Source: Camelus ferus (lineage: Eukaryota). Taken from it: a stretch of DNA of 64,000 bases. Numbering within the stretch: the stretch's first letter is position 1; every line of letters starts with the position of its first letter. Below the pieces are notes generated by a model that was not told where the DNA came from, did no database searches, and saw only the letters and a list, made by a program, of their open reading frames with translations. Made by a program: the position numbers and the translations under genes. Positions 13,167 to 25,816 of this stretch are shown here, piece by piece. The DNA is taken from contig NC_045698.1 in NCBI RefSeq assembly GCF_009834535.1, positions 12,650,001 to 12,714,000 of the forward strand. The letters run 5' to 3'.

Positions 13167-13394
13167 CTGGGAAAGAAGCCGAGAGGACAGGGCAGATATA
13201 GAGCAAAATCAAGCAATACAAAATAAAGTTAAATAAGGGAAGCATAGCCTGGTGGAAAGGTAGAGAAGCGGTGACTGGCCCAAAACAGAGACAATTTACC
13301 CAGGCTGTCAGTGAATGACCGGCTGGGAGAGTGGATGACTGTTGCCAGGTCTGGGTGGAGGAAAACCTGAACTGTTTGCTGTGGACAAACTCAC

Positions 13395-13510
13395 CATCCT
13401 ACGCACTGTCACCCATCAGGAGCTGATTCTATTGCAGCATGGTAAAATATTTCCTCCTAATTATGATCTTTAGCTATCAGGAAATGTTTAAATTCTGCTT
13501 GTATATTTTA
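13395..13510 (-). other. Candidate 116-nt non-coding exon
   Basis: Acceptor acttcctttccttctttag| and donor ATG|gtgagt. Stops in all three frames. Confidence 0.3.
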
Positions 13511-15684
13511 CTAAAGAAGGAAAGGAAGTTTATAATAAGCAAGGCATTTAATTTAAGAGTGAAAGTTGGCGTGAAAGCATTAAATTCAGTGATCTGTGAA
13601 AGTGTTCTCTAGAGCCATTTATTCCCTGAAATGTTGAAAAATTGATGTGGAAATTATGTTGTCCTTTACTACTGAGATAAAAAGATTGGCAATTAAATTT
13701 TCAGGAAAAAAGATCATTGCCTTGAAATGCTTACCAATGCAGTGGGGGCAATTTGTGAGAAATAAATATTGAAGAATGAAGGAGTAGAAACAAAGAAGAG
13801 ATAAAACACACACACTCACTCATTTGATCAATGTTCTCCTGTTTCATTTTTAAATTTTCCTCTCCTTGCCTTTTTACAGAAAGGGCTATATTTGCTACTC
13901 TTCCTGTTTCAGGATTTCTAAGTATGAAATCCACCCAGAAAGTAGGCATGTTCACAGGAGAGAAGTCAGTCTGCGTAATGAAATTCTTAGCAGAATATAC
14001 GTAAGTTCCAAGAAGGCTCTTTTATCTGACACCCTCATCACTTATGTGACAGCCTGCTCTTTCCCATTCCTCATTTCCAGTTGCCTTTAAACATTCATTT
14101 CTAGGGCTTTCTGGGCTCATGTATTATTTATAAACAACCCTTTCCTCCATTCCCACGGGGCACAGCATGAATCCTGTGGTGAGCTAGCACTTTAGCAAGG
14201 GGAAGTTGGTGAGTAAGAGTCTGTTACTTCATCATCCCAGCAAGCAGAAGCTCGGAAGAACTCCCTACCTGTTGTTTGGTGACTAAATGAGCCCCCAGAA
14301 ACCTCATTAGAACTGGAAGTCCAGGATCTGGAGTTCAACATCCCCTCATCTCTTGACCCTGTGGAAGGAGCGACTGCTGAGCCCCAGCAGAGGTTTTTGA
14401 AGGCGCAGGAAGGGAAGGTTGGAAGAGATCAAGGTCATTGCAGTCAGGCTGGATGGCGATCACCCAGGAGACCACTGGAATGCTTTCTTTGTCTTCTCAC
14501 TTTTAAAATACAGGCCTGTAAGGCAATGTCTGGGATGTGCAAAATGTTGAAGGGACAGGTAAACATTTAGACAGTGGACAGATAAAGGCACGAGAATTAG
14601 AATTCCTTGAGCTTGAAGGGAACTCCATGTTTGCTCTCTGAAAGTTTTTTTTTTGCGTTTGAGGGTTTTACAAGTGAATCCCAGGGTGATCCATGTAGCA
14701 CCAACTGCTGACTGGGCTGGGGGTGCTGAAAACTGTGGAAATTTTGTGGGTGAATAGGCTTTTTTTCACCGCAGTAGTTCTGTGGTGAGTCCTTGGCAAA
14801 TTTTGAAACAAGTTATAGAAGGAACCAAGTGAGATTTTTCTCTCTTTTTTCCCCCCAAAGAGTTAAAATGAGCCAAATTTAGTTTTGAAAGCACTTTCTC
14901 ACTTTGTCTTAGGATTTGAGTGAAGAGAATTAAGTCTTATCTGCATTGCATCTTTGAATGTGGGTGAAAGATAAAGTAAAGCCCTGAGTCGTTTTAATTG
15001 AGCAAGACCCAGGAGGGGAAGAAAGAGATCTGGGGTCATAACATTGTCATGCTCCTTCCATTGTCTTTGAGGAATCTGAGTTTCCCAGTGACAGTAACCT
15101 AGGTTTCTTGAACCACAGCTGCCTGCTGCAGGCATTGAGAGCCATCGGGTGGAGGAAGCTGAGGTCAAGTGAGCTCAGGGGACAGACCCAGCAGGGGGTG
15201 ATTTTGGAGAAACTGGGTGAGGAGCAAGACAGGTAGGCAGCTGGAAATGCCGGTCAAGGGCTCAACGTCATCATCAGGGAGGTGGGGACAGATTCTTCCA
15301 AGGCCACTTCCGGGCAAATTTCCCCTTCCACTTTCTGAGTTAGTAGAAGAAATGTGTTATTTTTCACCTGGGCTGAAGTGAGCACTCAGCTTAGCAGACC
15401 TGCCTTGGTTTCATCATTACTCACCAGACCACCCAAGGACCTGCTGGAATTGTTGCAAAAGACCTAAAAGGTCACTTATGCTATGAGTTTTCCAGCACTC
15501 TGTCCCAGACCTATGGGGTATGCTTGGAGGCAGAAGGGAGAGACCAAATCTTCACGGTGCCTTCATCAGAGCTGTTAGGTTTTAGATTTTCTCTAGTAGG
15601 ATTCTCAGGAAAATTTCCTTTGGGGAGAAGAAGGGCATTCTGTCCATTAATAAAATGTTTGAAAAATCACTCATCTAGTCTCTT

Positions 15685-15790
15685 CTCAGTTTACAAATGA
15701 GGGAATGGAGACCCAGAGTGGTTAATTTACTAACCTAGGATTCCACAGTTAATGGCATGGATTGAGTTTCAACTCTAATCTTTTGACCAC
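15685..15790 (-). mobile_element. MIR fragment
   Basis: tttacaaatgagggaatggagacccagagtggttaatttac resembles the MIR core. Confidence 0.6.
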
Positions 15791-16599
15791 CAGGGTGCTG
15801 GTGGTGATTTTAAAGACCCGGTATACAGAGAAAGACCCAGTATGCAACATGCTGAGTGTTGAATGTAGTAATTCTAATTTTATTTTAAACTACAAATGCT
15901 TACATGACAGTAATCACCCATATCTGTGTGTAATATCTACTTAATAACATTATAGTAATGAGTGGATTGGATGAGATTAACACATTCCTTTTTTCTTTTA
16001 TTATTATTATGTGATAATTCTAAAGACTTATTTTGCTGGTTTGCTTCTTGTATGAAAATAGAATCAAGCTCAAATTTCTTGGTTTAAATAATTCAGTTGA
16101 TAACTAAAAATTTAACCAAGTGGTGAGGCTCTTCACATTTTGCAGAAATAATTATCTTTGTTGATTTTTTAAAAGCTTATTGGAATGCTTATTTTTCCCC
16201 ATTTTCCCTTCTGTCTTTCATTTTGAAAGCCTAGCCTCATTTAATCAGCCTTCCTTCAACTCTTCAAATACCGTCACGACCATGCAATGCAGTGTGATCT
16301 TCAATCAGAGAATAAACTGAAGGCACTATCTAGGAGTGAATATTAATACCCAAAAGTATTAGCAGACCAACATAAAGCTATAATAGAAAGTGTTTAAACT
16401 TGGAACTACTGGTATTTCTCAGTTTTCCTAGTGTCAGGTCTTGATATTTTGTGGAAAGCATCTTCCAGGCTTGAACTAGCTACCGTCTTCCTAATAGTGT
16501 CTTAGGTGGCCCAGTTGCAAATGTGAGATCCCTGCCTGAGGCAGTGTATGCTGGGTTATACAAAGAACATTCTGGGGAACCAGGAGGAAGAGCAAATAA

Positions 16600-16930
16600 A
16601 CTAGACCGGGCAGGTGGGGCACAGAAAGGCTTTCAACAGGAATAGATACTTTAAGACCTGTTTTGAGGAAGTGGGCAGGAGTAAACCAAAGGACGGAGAG
16701 CAGGGCAGGAGACACACCACATGAGAAGGTTGGAGCCACAATGGAGAAACACGTCTTTCAGGCTGTCTGTAAAGAAATCCTGTTTGTACGTGATAAGAAA
16801 GGAAGTGAGACGAGTGGGCAGCAGATGGGTTCCAGAGGGCTCGATGAACCAAGGTGAGAGTTTAAACTAGATTTTAAAATCTAGGGCAAATTAGTGAAGA
16901 CGTTTAGGCATGGAGTTGACATGAAGAATT
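16600..16930 (-). mobile_element. L2 fragment
   Basis: Purine-rich degenerate L2 3' region (ccaaggtgagagtttaaact.gattt...tttaggcatggagttgacatga). Confidence 0.5.
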
Positions 16931-18960
16931 GGAGTCTGTGGTAATAGAAGTCAAAGTTCAATGAAAGGTTTCAGAGAAAGGATAAAGCCCTGTATTTGTC
17001 ATGAAATGGGATAGCTAAGTGGGTTTAGAGGGAAGTCTTCTCCATTGAGGAGATCAGGGATATTAAGAACCAGAGTATAAGATCAATCATCTACCTTAAG
17101 ACATGAATGTCGTACACAGTGTTTTTAGGGATAGAGGTAGAGAAGAAAAACTGGCAGATAACTACCCAAATTCCCAACAGATGTTGGGGAGTCTGACAGA
17201 AGAGCTTGCTAGAGCCAGATAACGTAAGCTTCAACACTGGTGTTTTTACTTCCAGGCAGGGGAGCTCTGGTTTGTAGGAGCACTGGGAAAGCAGCAGTCT
17301 CCTTTCTCCTGAGGTTCTGTGAACACGGAAGTGGGTGGGAGGCCAAGTTGTCTTCTCTTGAGAAAGGGTTGAGTGATGTCAAAGTTTAAGGGAAGAGAGT
17401 CTATGAATTTTTCACCTAAATGATTCTGAAAGTCTCGGGTAAGTAGTTGTTTGGTAAAAGGGTACCAAATGTCTCATAAAGAGCTATGACTGTTCTCTGG
17501 AGAAACAGATCCTTGATGACTTTCAACATCTTTTTGTACTTTTCCTGAATCTCTGAGATATTTGCAGTGCCCTTTACATGTTAATATACCTCTCATCTGA
17601 GCACCGAAAATTGATTTCCATCAATTTACATTGAAGGGAACTACCCTTTCTATTCATGATTTCATGGTTTGCTCATCTCACCAACATTTACTGAGTGCTG
17701 TTGTGTGTTGCATGCTGGAGGTACAAAAAGGAACAAATTGGAAATTGTCCCTCTTTTCATGGAGCTCATGTTCCAATAGATGTGGAGTGTTAGTAAGATT
17801 TTTTTTCTTTTGATACTTAATTTATATATTTCCTTTAAAAACCACCCAAAATATAAACAACTCTTCATGGCAACATTATAGAGCAACATCTTAAATGATG
17901 ACTGTGTAGTGCAGGGTGTAAATGAATGAGTATCTATGTGTGATTGTTAATCCTTAACCATCATCAACTGCTGCTTAATCTAACTCGTGTTTACTTTTTA
18001 TCCTTGAATTCTTAGAATTTGTCACGTGTTTTAGAAGCTTAATCTTTGCTCCCTAAGCAATACGGCTTTCAGAGTCCTCGAATTACTTTGTTTAGTTGTT
18101 GAGTTTCCGTCTCACATATTTCTTAGCTGTTTGACACAACCAAAGATCTGCCTTTGCCCTTCTTCCTGTTTTCTCTTTTAGGGTCTCATATTTCTTTACA
18201 AATGGCCTGGAGTCATTATTTAGGCTGGTCTCTGTGTGGTTATTAAATACTCCCATGTCTCCTGGCAGAAGTGTATAACTTTTCCCTTTTATGAGAGGAA
18301 GGGAATTTTCCTCATTTCCAGTAGAAATTGAGCATATTAGCTTTCTATTTTTTTTTTTGGATAATTTGCATTATTTCTTCCATAGCAATGAACAATCTGA
18401 GGTGGAATGAGAAAAAGTTCAGATTACATCCCAAATTGCTTTTTTACAAGGTTACATATTTCCTCTAACAAATTATTTTAAAGATAACTAAAAAAAGTAA
18501 CATCTAAAAAATGAAGCTAAAAAATTACAAGTGTAATAAAACCTCAATGATTGTTGCAAATTCTTTGAAGACCAGTATGACTAAAACTGTGATTACCACA
18601 TGTGAAGTTTTATTATTTCTAGGCACATGTACAAAGTGTAAGGAATATTTAAGAGCAATTTTTTATTGGCAAATTAATTTTTAAAGTATCTTAAATAGTC
18701 TCATTTTGTTTTGTTTCCTTGAGAAGGTAGAAATCTTTCGGCAATTATATCTACTTTGTTTCACTGAGCTGCAAAAAGGGCACAAGGATCTCAATTATTT
18801 TATGATCAAAACATGTAACTGTGTGTATACATGTATAGACATAAACTAACACAAGGTTACTTTAATGACAAGATATATTCTTGATAAGTACTGTTACTTG
18901 CATATCAAGCAACTGAATCATATCCTCTTCTATGAAAATTATTGAGGATTGAAACATGAT

Positions 18961-19016
18961 TACCCAGAAACTAGCACAACATTGTAAATCAACTATACTT
19001 CAATTTAAAAAAAAGG
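18961..19016 (+). mobile_element. Extremely truncated L1 3' tail (~55 bp)
   Basis: ccagaaactagcacaacattgtaaatcaactatacttcaattt followed by poly-A. Flanked by aaacatgattacc / aaaaatgattacc. Confidence 0.85.
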
Positions 19017-19029
19017 AAGAAAAATGATT

Positions 19030-19455
19030 ACCTGAGCTGCTGGGTCCCATGTGACAGAACCGTGTGTTCTGGCCAACGATATATAAGTGGAATGCCACTT
19101 TGGAGCTTCTGGGAAAGATTTTGCTTTTCCATGAAAAGGTCAGCTGCTCTTCTTCTATCTTCCTGCTCTGAATGTGGTGATGTGAGAAAGTGATGGTTGG
19201 ACTTACGGCAGCTGTCTTGATTGGGACCATGAGATAAAAAGCCTAAGAATAAAAATACATCATATCTGGGATGAGAGAAGATGGAAAAAAGATAAAAAGG
19301 ATAGGGAAGAAAACCTACCTCTCTGATGACATCACTTTGTTACCTCATCAGATTTGGAAACACTTACCTCAGGTTTCATCATATGTGAGATAACTGAATC
19401 TCTGCCTTGCTCAGGCTTTTTTGGCAACTGATTCATTGCAACATTTTCCTGACTC
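19030..19455 (+). mobile_element. MaLR LTR (MLT1J-like)
   Basis: ccatgtgac...ttctggccaa.ga.at.taagtggaa...cttctgggaaag...gcagctgtcttg..accatgag. Confidence 0.65.
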
Positions 19456-19510
19456 TCCCAATCTCACGTGCAGGTAGGAAGTAATAGCAGGTATTAAAAC
19501 CCAGGTTTTT

Positions 19511-19764
19511 ATTTTTTTTTATTTTTTATTTTTAAAATAGACTTCATTCTTTTAGAGCAGTTAAGGTCCACAGCAGAACTGAGCAGAAAATAGAGAGTTC
19601 GCACATAGCCTTCCCCACCCGCACATATATACTCCCCTGCCCTCAACATCCCTCACCAGTGTGACATATTTGGTGGAATTGATGAACCACATTGGCACAT
19701 TATTATCAACCAAAGTCCATAGTTTACATTAGGGTTCACTCTTGATGTTGTGCATTCTATGGGG
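19511..19764 (-). mobile_element. Ancient L1 3' end (L1MC1-like) with perfect TSD
   Basis: ttagagcagtt.aggt.cacagca.aa.tgagcagaa...ccaaagtccatagtttacattagggttcactcttg.tgttgt.cattctatggg. TSD aaaacccaggttttt just left of 19511 and at ~19765-19779. Confidence 0.9.
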
Positions 19765-21139
19765 AAAACCCAGGTTTTTAGACTGAAAGCCCAATGTTTT
19801 CTTGGCCTGGCTATCTTTCCACGTAGTCATAATTTGGGAAATAAATACACAAACTGTGAAGTAATAACATATATTATCCACTGTGCAGACTCTTATTTGA
19901 AGCCTTATTTCCCTTATAAGCCTCTGGACTCACTCTGCTCGTGTCTGCCACGTCCTGGGAGTGAGTTTTTCTCCATCATCCTTTATTTCCCTTGTCATCA
20001 AATGGTCTTTTACCTCATTATGACTTCGGCAAGTTACTGGTCTTCATAAGAGGGTAATTTATATAAACCTCTCTGCATATTTCACAGTCTTGCAGAGTCG
20101 GGAGGGGCGTGTGGGGTGGGGCTCCACTTATTACCAGCATTCCGATTTTTTTTTACTAGTGGTTGTTACATAGGTGTTGAATTTTTTTGTGTGCGTTGTA
20201 AACTTTTAATAATGACGACGAATAAGAAAACAGAATCATTTGTGAAGTTAATAAAATCACACAGGCGATGAAAATTTGGCGTGCAAGCATTCATCTGAGA
20301 GAGAAGACGGAGGCTAGAGGATTATAATCATGATCGCCTGCCCAAGTGGCTTGTGTCTCAGCTGCAGAGGGGCAATAGCTTACTTCGGTTCTTGAATAAG
20401 GAAACATTTTAGTGTAAAAGTGAAGTACATATGAATTTAGTGTCATTTTAACCACAATTTTTTTCTAGGATATATGATGTATATATAGAAATTATATAGT
20501 GAATAAAGGCCCATAATGAGATATTACATTTCTGCCTGACTTTGTCTCTAAAAAAATGAGTGTGCTTAACATTTTTTTTTTTCAATTTGCAGTGGTAACA
20601 GCCTCATATATCATTCTCCTTCAGCTGATTATCTCTTTTGAGACATCAAGTGTTAAAGATCTGTATGTAGATACTTGATATGTTTCTAACCATGGGATTA
20701 CTCATGTACTCAAAGAAACCGCTGAGATTTCCCAGTCAGAGCAGATGGCCAAAACAGGGACGATGAGTCCCTTAAGAGTGAGGCTTTAGGAAAAATGTGA
20801 AGGCCCCCTGAGTTATTTGTAAAATCGAGTTATAAGGGAGCAGAGTCGAGATCTGCAAAGATACTGATTAAGGGCAAAGTGACTCCTAAGCGAGTGGAAC
20901 TCAACTCTTGGTCAATTAAATGTACCACTGTGTTTAAGGAAGAGTGTGTGCAACAGATGAGGGACTGAGAAGCCATAAAAGCTTAAACAGAAGAAATCCA
21001 GAGAAGGAGATCTTTGTGCTGTTCAACCAAGACCTGTCTGAGAGAGGTGTGTTCTGAGCCAGGGATACACTCTATTTCCAAGGGAAGGCATGTTATTGTT
21101 GTCATTGTTATTAATCTATAGCATGTATTGTCTGTTTTC

Positions 21140-21295
21140 AATGTCACATGCTGCATACTTTGTATGTATTTTGTCATTTAATCCTCATAAAGGCTCAAAG
21201 AAGCAGGCACTACAGTTATCCCCATTTTGGAGGTCAAGTGGCTTGTTCAGGCTCCTACAGATAGGAAGCCGCAGTGTTGGGATCTGAGCCTCGTT
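21140..21295 (-). mobile_element. MIR fragment
   Basis: tcatttaatcctcata...tatccccatttt...aggtcaagtggcttgttcagg..c.cag.tagga. Confidence 0.6.
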
Positions 21296-21595
21296 TAGAG
21301 AACCTGTATATGTAGCCACAATTTGGCAAGTTTATGAGGATGGAAGGGAATTCTCTCCTCAATTTTGCAAAGAGGAATCTGAGGATTTGAGGTTTTGTGA
21401 CTTGCCCATCAGCATGTGCTGGAATTAAGACAGTTATTCAAGGTCTCTTAAACCTTAGTCTCATGCATTTCCAGCATACCAGGCTACCTCTTGTGCATGG
21501 GGAAGTCACTGAAGAGCAGACCAGTGGAGATCAGACTGCCTTCAGGGCTGGGGCAACCTTGGAGGACTGCGCTCTGCGGAAGGAAGCAGTTGTGC

Positions 21596-22042
21596 GTAGC
21601 TCACACTTAAGGAGTGGAGAGTTATTCTCCATCTTCTCGAGGGCTGATTATCTACATGAACTGTTTGGGATGCTTCCGCCCGAGAGCTCTGTCTGTTCTC
21701 CCCCACTCATTTATTTATTCAATCCTGTAGTTATATCAGTATAAACTTATGGGTATTTATTTCACACTTTGGGTTATAATCCAATAGATTTTATTTATTT
21801 TCTTGTTCAAATTGTTCAAACTTTGGCCACTGGGAACTCGCTCGGTTGGCTCTTGTGTCCTTTTGATACGCCCATGATTCTGGGTTTTTTTTTTTTTTTG
21901 AGTACATTTTTGCTTTTTGGCACTACAAGATGCTCATCTTGACTATTTCCTGCTTTAGTCCTAGAATCAGACATTTCTCCAAGGAGTCCTGGTTCTTTTT
22001 GTTGGAGAGTGGTATTAGACACCAAGATCTAGGTGGCATGAA
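21596..22042 (-). mobile_element. Ancient L1 3' region (L1MC/L1MD-like)
   Basis: tttatttattcaatc...tttgggttataatccaata...tttggccactggga...gcactacaagatgctc...atttctccaaggag.cctggttc...accaagatct. Confidence 0.85.
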
Positions 22043-22059
22043 TCACGTTTTATGCATTT

Positions 22060-22280
22060 TAAATTGTAGCTAATGCTAAGAAGTCACCACTCGGCTGCTC
22101 TCGGGGTGGGGGTCGGGGGTTGGTGAGTGGAAGAGGTCCCAAGGAACTTCAAAGGTATCTGATCTGTTTCTTAAACTCAGTGCTGGTTGCATGGGCTTCT
22201 TCATTTTATGAAAATTCATCAAGTTGTATACTGACGAAATGTGCATTTTCCTACTTTATGCTCTGTCTCAATAAAAATAC
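22060..22280 (+). mobile_element. Ancient L1 3' terminus (L1ME-like)
   Basis: tgaaaattcatcaagttgtatact...atgtgcatttt...tcaataaaaa. Confidence 0.6.
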
Positions 22281-22329
22281 ATCAAAATGGGGGGAAAACA
22301 AAACAAAAACTAATAACAAACACTTGTTG

Positions 22330-22470
22330 GGTATCAGGAAGACAGGATCTGGAGTTTGAATCCCTGGGTTCAAATAATTAATCAGTGTTACAATCTTCAG
22401 TCAGCTACTTAACTTTTTTTGTCTCTCAGTTTTCGTTATGTATAAAATAAAGACAGGGTTATTATCTGCT
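22330..22470 (+). mobile_element. MIR fragment
   Basis: ctgggttcaaat...tacttaactttttttgtctctcagtttt....tgtataaaata. Confidence 0.55.
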
Positions 22471-22500
22471 ATAGATGGCTGTTGTGCTCATAACACAGTC

Positions 22501-22605
22501 TCTCTCTCTGCATATACACATACACGCACATATATACACATATATGTATACGTGTATGTATGTGTCTATATACACATATATGTGAAGGTATGTATATATA
22601 TACAT
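22501..22605. repeat. Degenerate (TA/CA/TG)n simple repeat
   Basis: Alternating purine-pyrimidine run abutting MER82. Confidence 0.85.
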
Positions 22606-22607
22606 AA

Positions 22608-23253
22608 AGAGTTAATCCGCATCATTTGCAGAGTCTTTGTTTGTGAATTTGCCTACTTGCTAAACGTGACGTGTAATGCCCAAACCGCTACGTGTGGCAC
22701 TCTGGGGCCATGTGTGGTCACACACAAGGTGGCAACAGATTAGAATCCGCTGATGCCCGAGTTCCCAGTGAGCATGAATGAGGCCGTGCTCCGCCTGCTA
22801 GTCTCAGCTTTTATAATGTAAAGAAGTGTCCTTTTCTCAAGATATTTAATGCCACGCTTTTTCACATTTTTGTGCTTTTTTGTTGGTGAGTTCGCTGTCT
22901 AAAATGGCCCACGATGCAGGGCTGACGTCCTTCCTATTCGGCGTTCCTAAGTACAAGGAGGCTGTGATGTGCCTTAAGGAGAAAACAGGTGTGCAGATAA
23001 GCTTCGTTTAGCCACGAGTGATGGTGCCACTGGCTGTGTGACGAATATTAATGAATCGCCAACATATATTAAATAAGGCGCCTTTAAATAGAAACAAGAT
23101 TATGTATTGATCTGATAACGAATACGTTGTGACTGGATGCTTGCAGGAACCTACCCTGTGTTATCCCTAAAAGCAATGGCTCATTACTTACTAGTTTAGT
23201 GTTTGTGGTGCCTTCATAGAATATAAGGACTACAAATCGTGAGGATGAGTTGT
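22608..23253. mobile_element. MER82-like TcMar-Tigger DNA transposon, near full length
   Basis: Degenerate TIRs (agttaatccgcatcatttgc / gactacaaatcgtgaggatgagttg-ta). Internal tttttgtgcttttttgttggtga, aggctgtgatgtgcctta.ggagaaaa and gcaggaacct. Inserted in TA-rich sequence. Confidence 0.88.
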
Positions 23254-24048
23254 ATATACGTACAGATAGGTGGATACGGATGTACACACATGTATGTATA
23301 TATCTAACTAGACAGACGGATATCAATGTATCGTCGACTTATCTGTACGGATATGAGAACAGCCTGTCAATACAATCAGCCTTAACCCCTGTGTTAGCTA
23401 CGATTGTCAAGCTATCTGACTAGGCTGCTCTCCAACCCACGACTCCCGGGAAAGATGTGGCTGAGTCTTTGGGCTCCGAGTAGCACTTCTCCCCTGGGGT
23501 GCTGAAGACACAGTGATGAACAAAGCAAGTCCCTCCTCTCATGGAGCTTACGCTGTATAATAAGTCCAAAGGCCTGTTTACCACTGTGTGCACACCTAGT
23601 GTCTGGCACCTAGTACCTAGAAAGTACTCAGTATTTTGTAAACTACCTAAAAATCCCAAGGGAAGTGTGAGAGTATGATGGAAAAAAAGGGAAGTTCAAA
23701 ACTAAGCCACTGTATTAGGCAAAAACAGACAAGTAAACAGATGCGTACCAGGTAAGAGATTTTTGTAATGACTTGTTTTTGCCCTTAAACTTAATTTTCC
23801 ATGAGTAGATATCCTGGGCTCACCATAAAGATGGATAAACCTATCTAATATAGGGAACGAATACATACTTTAGCTTTCAAGTATATGAGTGTGATATTTC
23901 TATTTTTTTTCTAGGTTTAGAAAGCAAATCTGTTCTGATGCTTTACCAACTAAATACATGTTCTGATTGTTCCAGTTATCCTGTGCCAAAAAAAAAAAAA
24001 AAAAGCAAAAACGGGCTTTCCCATGTTTGTTACAGAGATTGAACTTAC

Positions 24049-24121
24049 CTGGTGTTGGTGAGCCTTGGAAACGAGCCACTTTTCAAAGCTTTCTAGGCAA
24101 TTTGAATCAGGTTGCTGAACT
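24049..24121 (-). other. Candidate 73-nt exon
   Basis: Acceptor tttttttcag| and perfect donor CAG|gtaagt. One open frame VQQPDSNCLESFEKWLVSKAHQHQ. Confidence 0.4.
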
Positions 24122-24886
24122 CTGAAAAAAATCCTACAGCCGACTTTAGAAGACCAAAGAACTCAAAACATACACACTCTGGGCTATTGCAAAATGCAGC
24201 ACTTAAGCTAAAATGAGCTGTACTTAGAGCAATGGAGACACAGATCATATGAGGGTGGATTTTAATTGAAGGGAAGCACAGAGAGGGGACATTGTCATGA
24301 ACATTCTCTACACAGGACAAGGGTAAACCGAGTTTATTTCAATAAAAGTGCACAGTTTGGGGAGTTCTGTGAGGCAGGATCATTTCTTGGAATTTAGGGG
24401 AGGCTCAGAACCACCTACTGGATGTCAAAACCATACAAGATTCTCTGCTACAATTGTGCCAAAGTAAGCGTGATCCTGGAATTCCTCTGGGCAATCTATT
24501 TGGACAACCATCAAAACTATCACCCAGATGTCTGGTTTCTGGGCGAAAGTTCTGGAAAGAAGAATCAGGAAGCTCTCTTTAGAATGTATGAGGGTGAAGA
24601 GGTAAGGGAGAAAGCCTGTTTAAATTAAATCAGATCTCATGTATAAACTGGCTCAACTGTTTCTAAAGCCCCCTCTTATCCCTAAAATATAATCATCGTG
24701 TGAATGAAACGTGATATTCTTATTTCATAACAAGAATAATTTTCTCCACCAAAAAATTAAAACATACTACCAGTATGCCAACATCATACACTGTTTGTGC
24801 TATTTCCTCCTTGACAGGCAGAATTAAACCCTTCCATGGAGGGGGCTTTACTCCAGAGCTAACCAAACATCAAGGTAACAGATTTA

Positions 24887-25264
24887 TGTGTGTGGTGGTG
24901 CCATGAGGTAAGTGCCCAGCAATCCCTTTGAGAAAATCTGCTGTGGGGTGGGAGGCTGACGAGCAGTACTAACACCAGTTCTTTGCTGCAGAAGGCAGGT
25001 GTCCTTTGATGGGTAAGCTCTGCTCCAGGGCTCACCGTCAACCTGGAAAAGATGCTCGCAGAGCCCACTGCAGGCTGAGGCTCCCTCTTTCCTTTCTCAG
25101 GTGTCAGAACTGCAGCTCAGGCTGAAGACCGTCTCCAAAATATCCCTGCCCTCTCTCTCCTCCCCTCTGTCCTTCACTTGGATTTCCCCTCCACTCGCAC
25201 CACAATCTCTCAACTATCTAATTGCGTCTTCATGTCTAATTCTTGGAGACCCTGGACTGACACA
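24887..25264 (+). mobile_element. ERVL LTR (LTR16A-like)
   Basis: Ends ctaattgcgtcttcatgtctaattcttggagaccctggactgacaca, resembling the LTR16A 3' terminus. Internal gcaggctgaggctccctct. Confidence 0.6.
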
Positions 25265-25329
25265 CATGAAAAAAAGGTTTTGCTAAGTAAATAAGACCCA
25301 AGGAGGACAGAAGGGGATGGTATATATAT

Positions 25330-25816
25330 TTCTTTCTTTTCTTTTTCTTTTTATTGAAGTATAGTCAGTTTACAATGTATCAATTATTTCTGGCATACAG
25401 CATAATGTTTCAGTCATATATACATGTACATATATGCATTTTCATATTCTTTTTCATTATAGGTTACTACAAGATATTGAATATAGTTCTCTGTGCTACA
25501 CAGGAGAAACTTGCTGTTTATGTATTTTATATGAGTTATATCGTATGGTTTTTTTTTTTTCTCTTTCTGGCTCACCTTTCTTTGAATGATGATCTCCAGG
25601 TCCATCCATGTTTCTGCAAAAGGCATTATTTTATTCTTTTTTATGGCTGAGTAGTATTCCATTGTATAAATATACCACATCTTCTTTATTGAGTCCTCTG
25701 TTGATGGACATTGAGGTTGTTTACATGTCTTGGCTATTGTATATAGTGCTTCTATGAACATTGGGGTGCATGCATATTTTTGAATTAGAGTTCCCTCCTG
25801 ATACATACCCAAGGAG
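25330..25816 (-). mobile_element. 5'-truncated L1 3' end with internal deletion
   Basis: T-rich tail followed by ttgaagtatagtcagtttacaatg. The minus ORF 25414-25965 includes the L1 ORF2 C-terminus (CTPMFIEALYTIAK...WYIYTMEYYSAIKKN). Confidence 0.95.
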
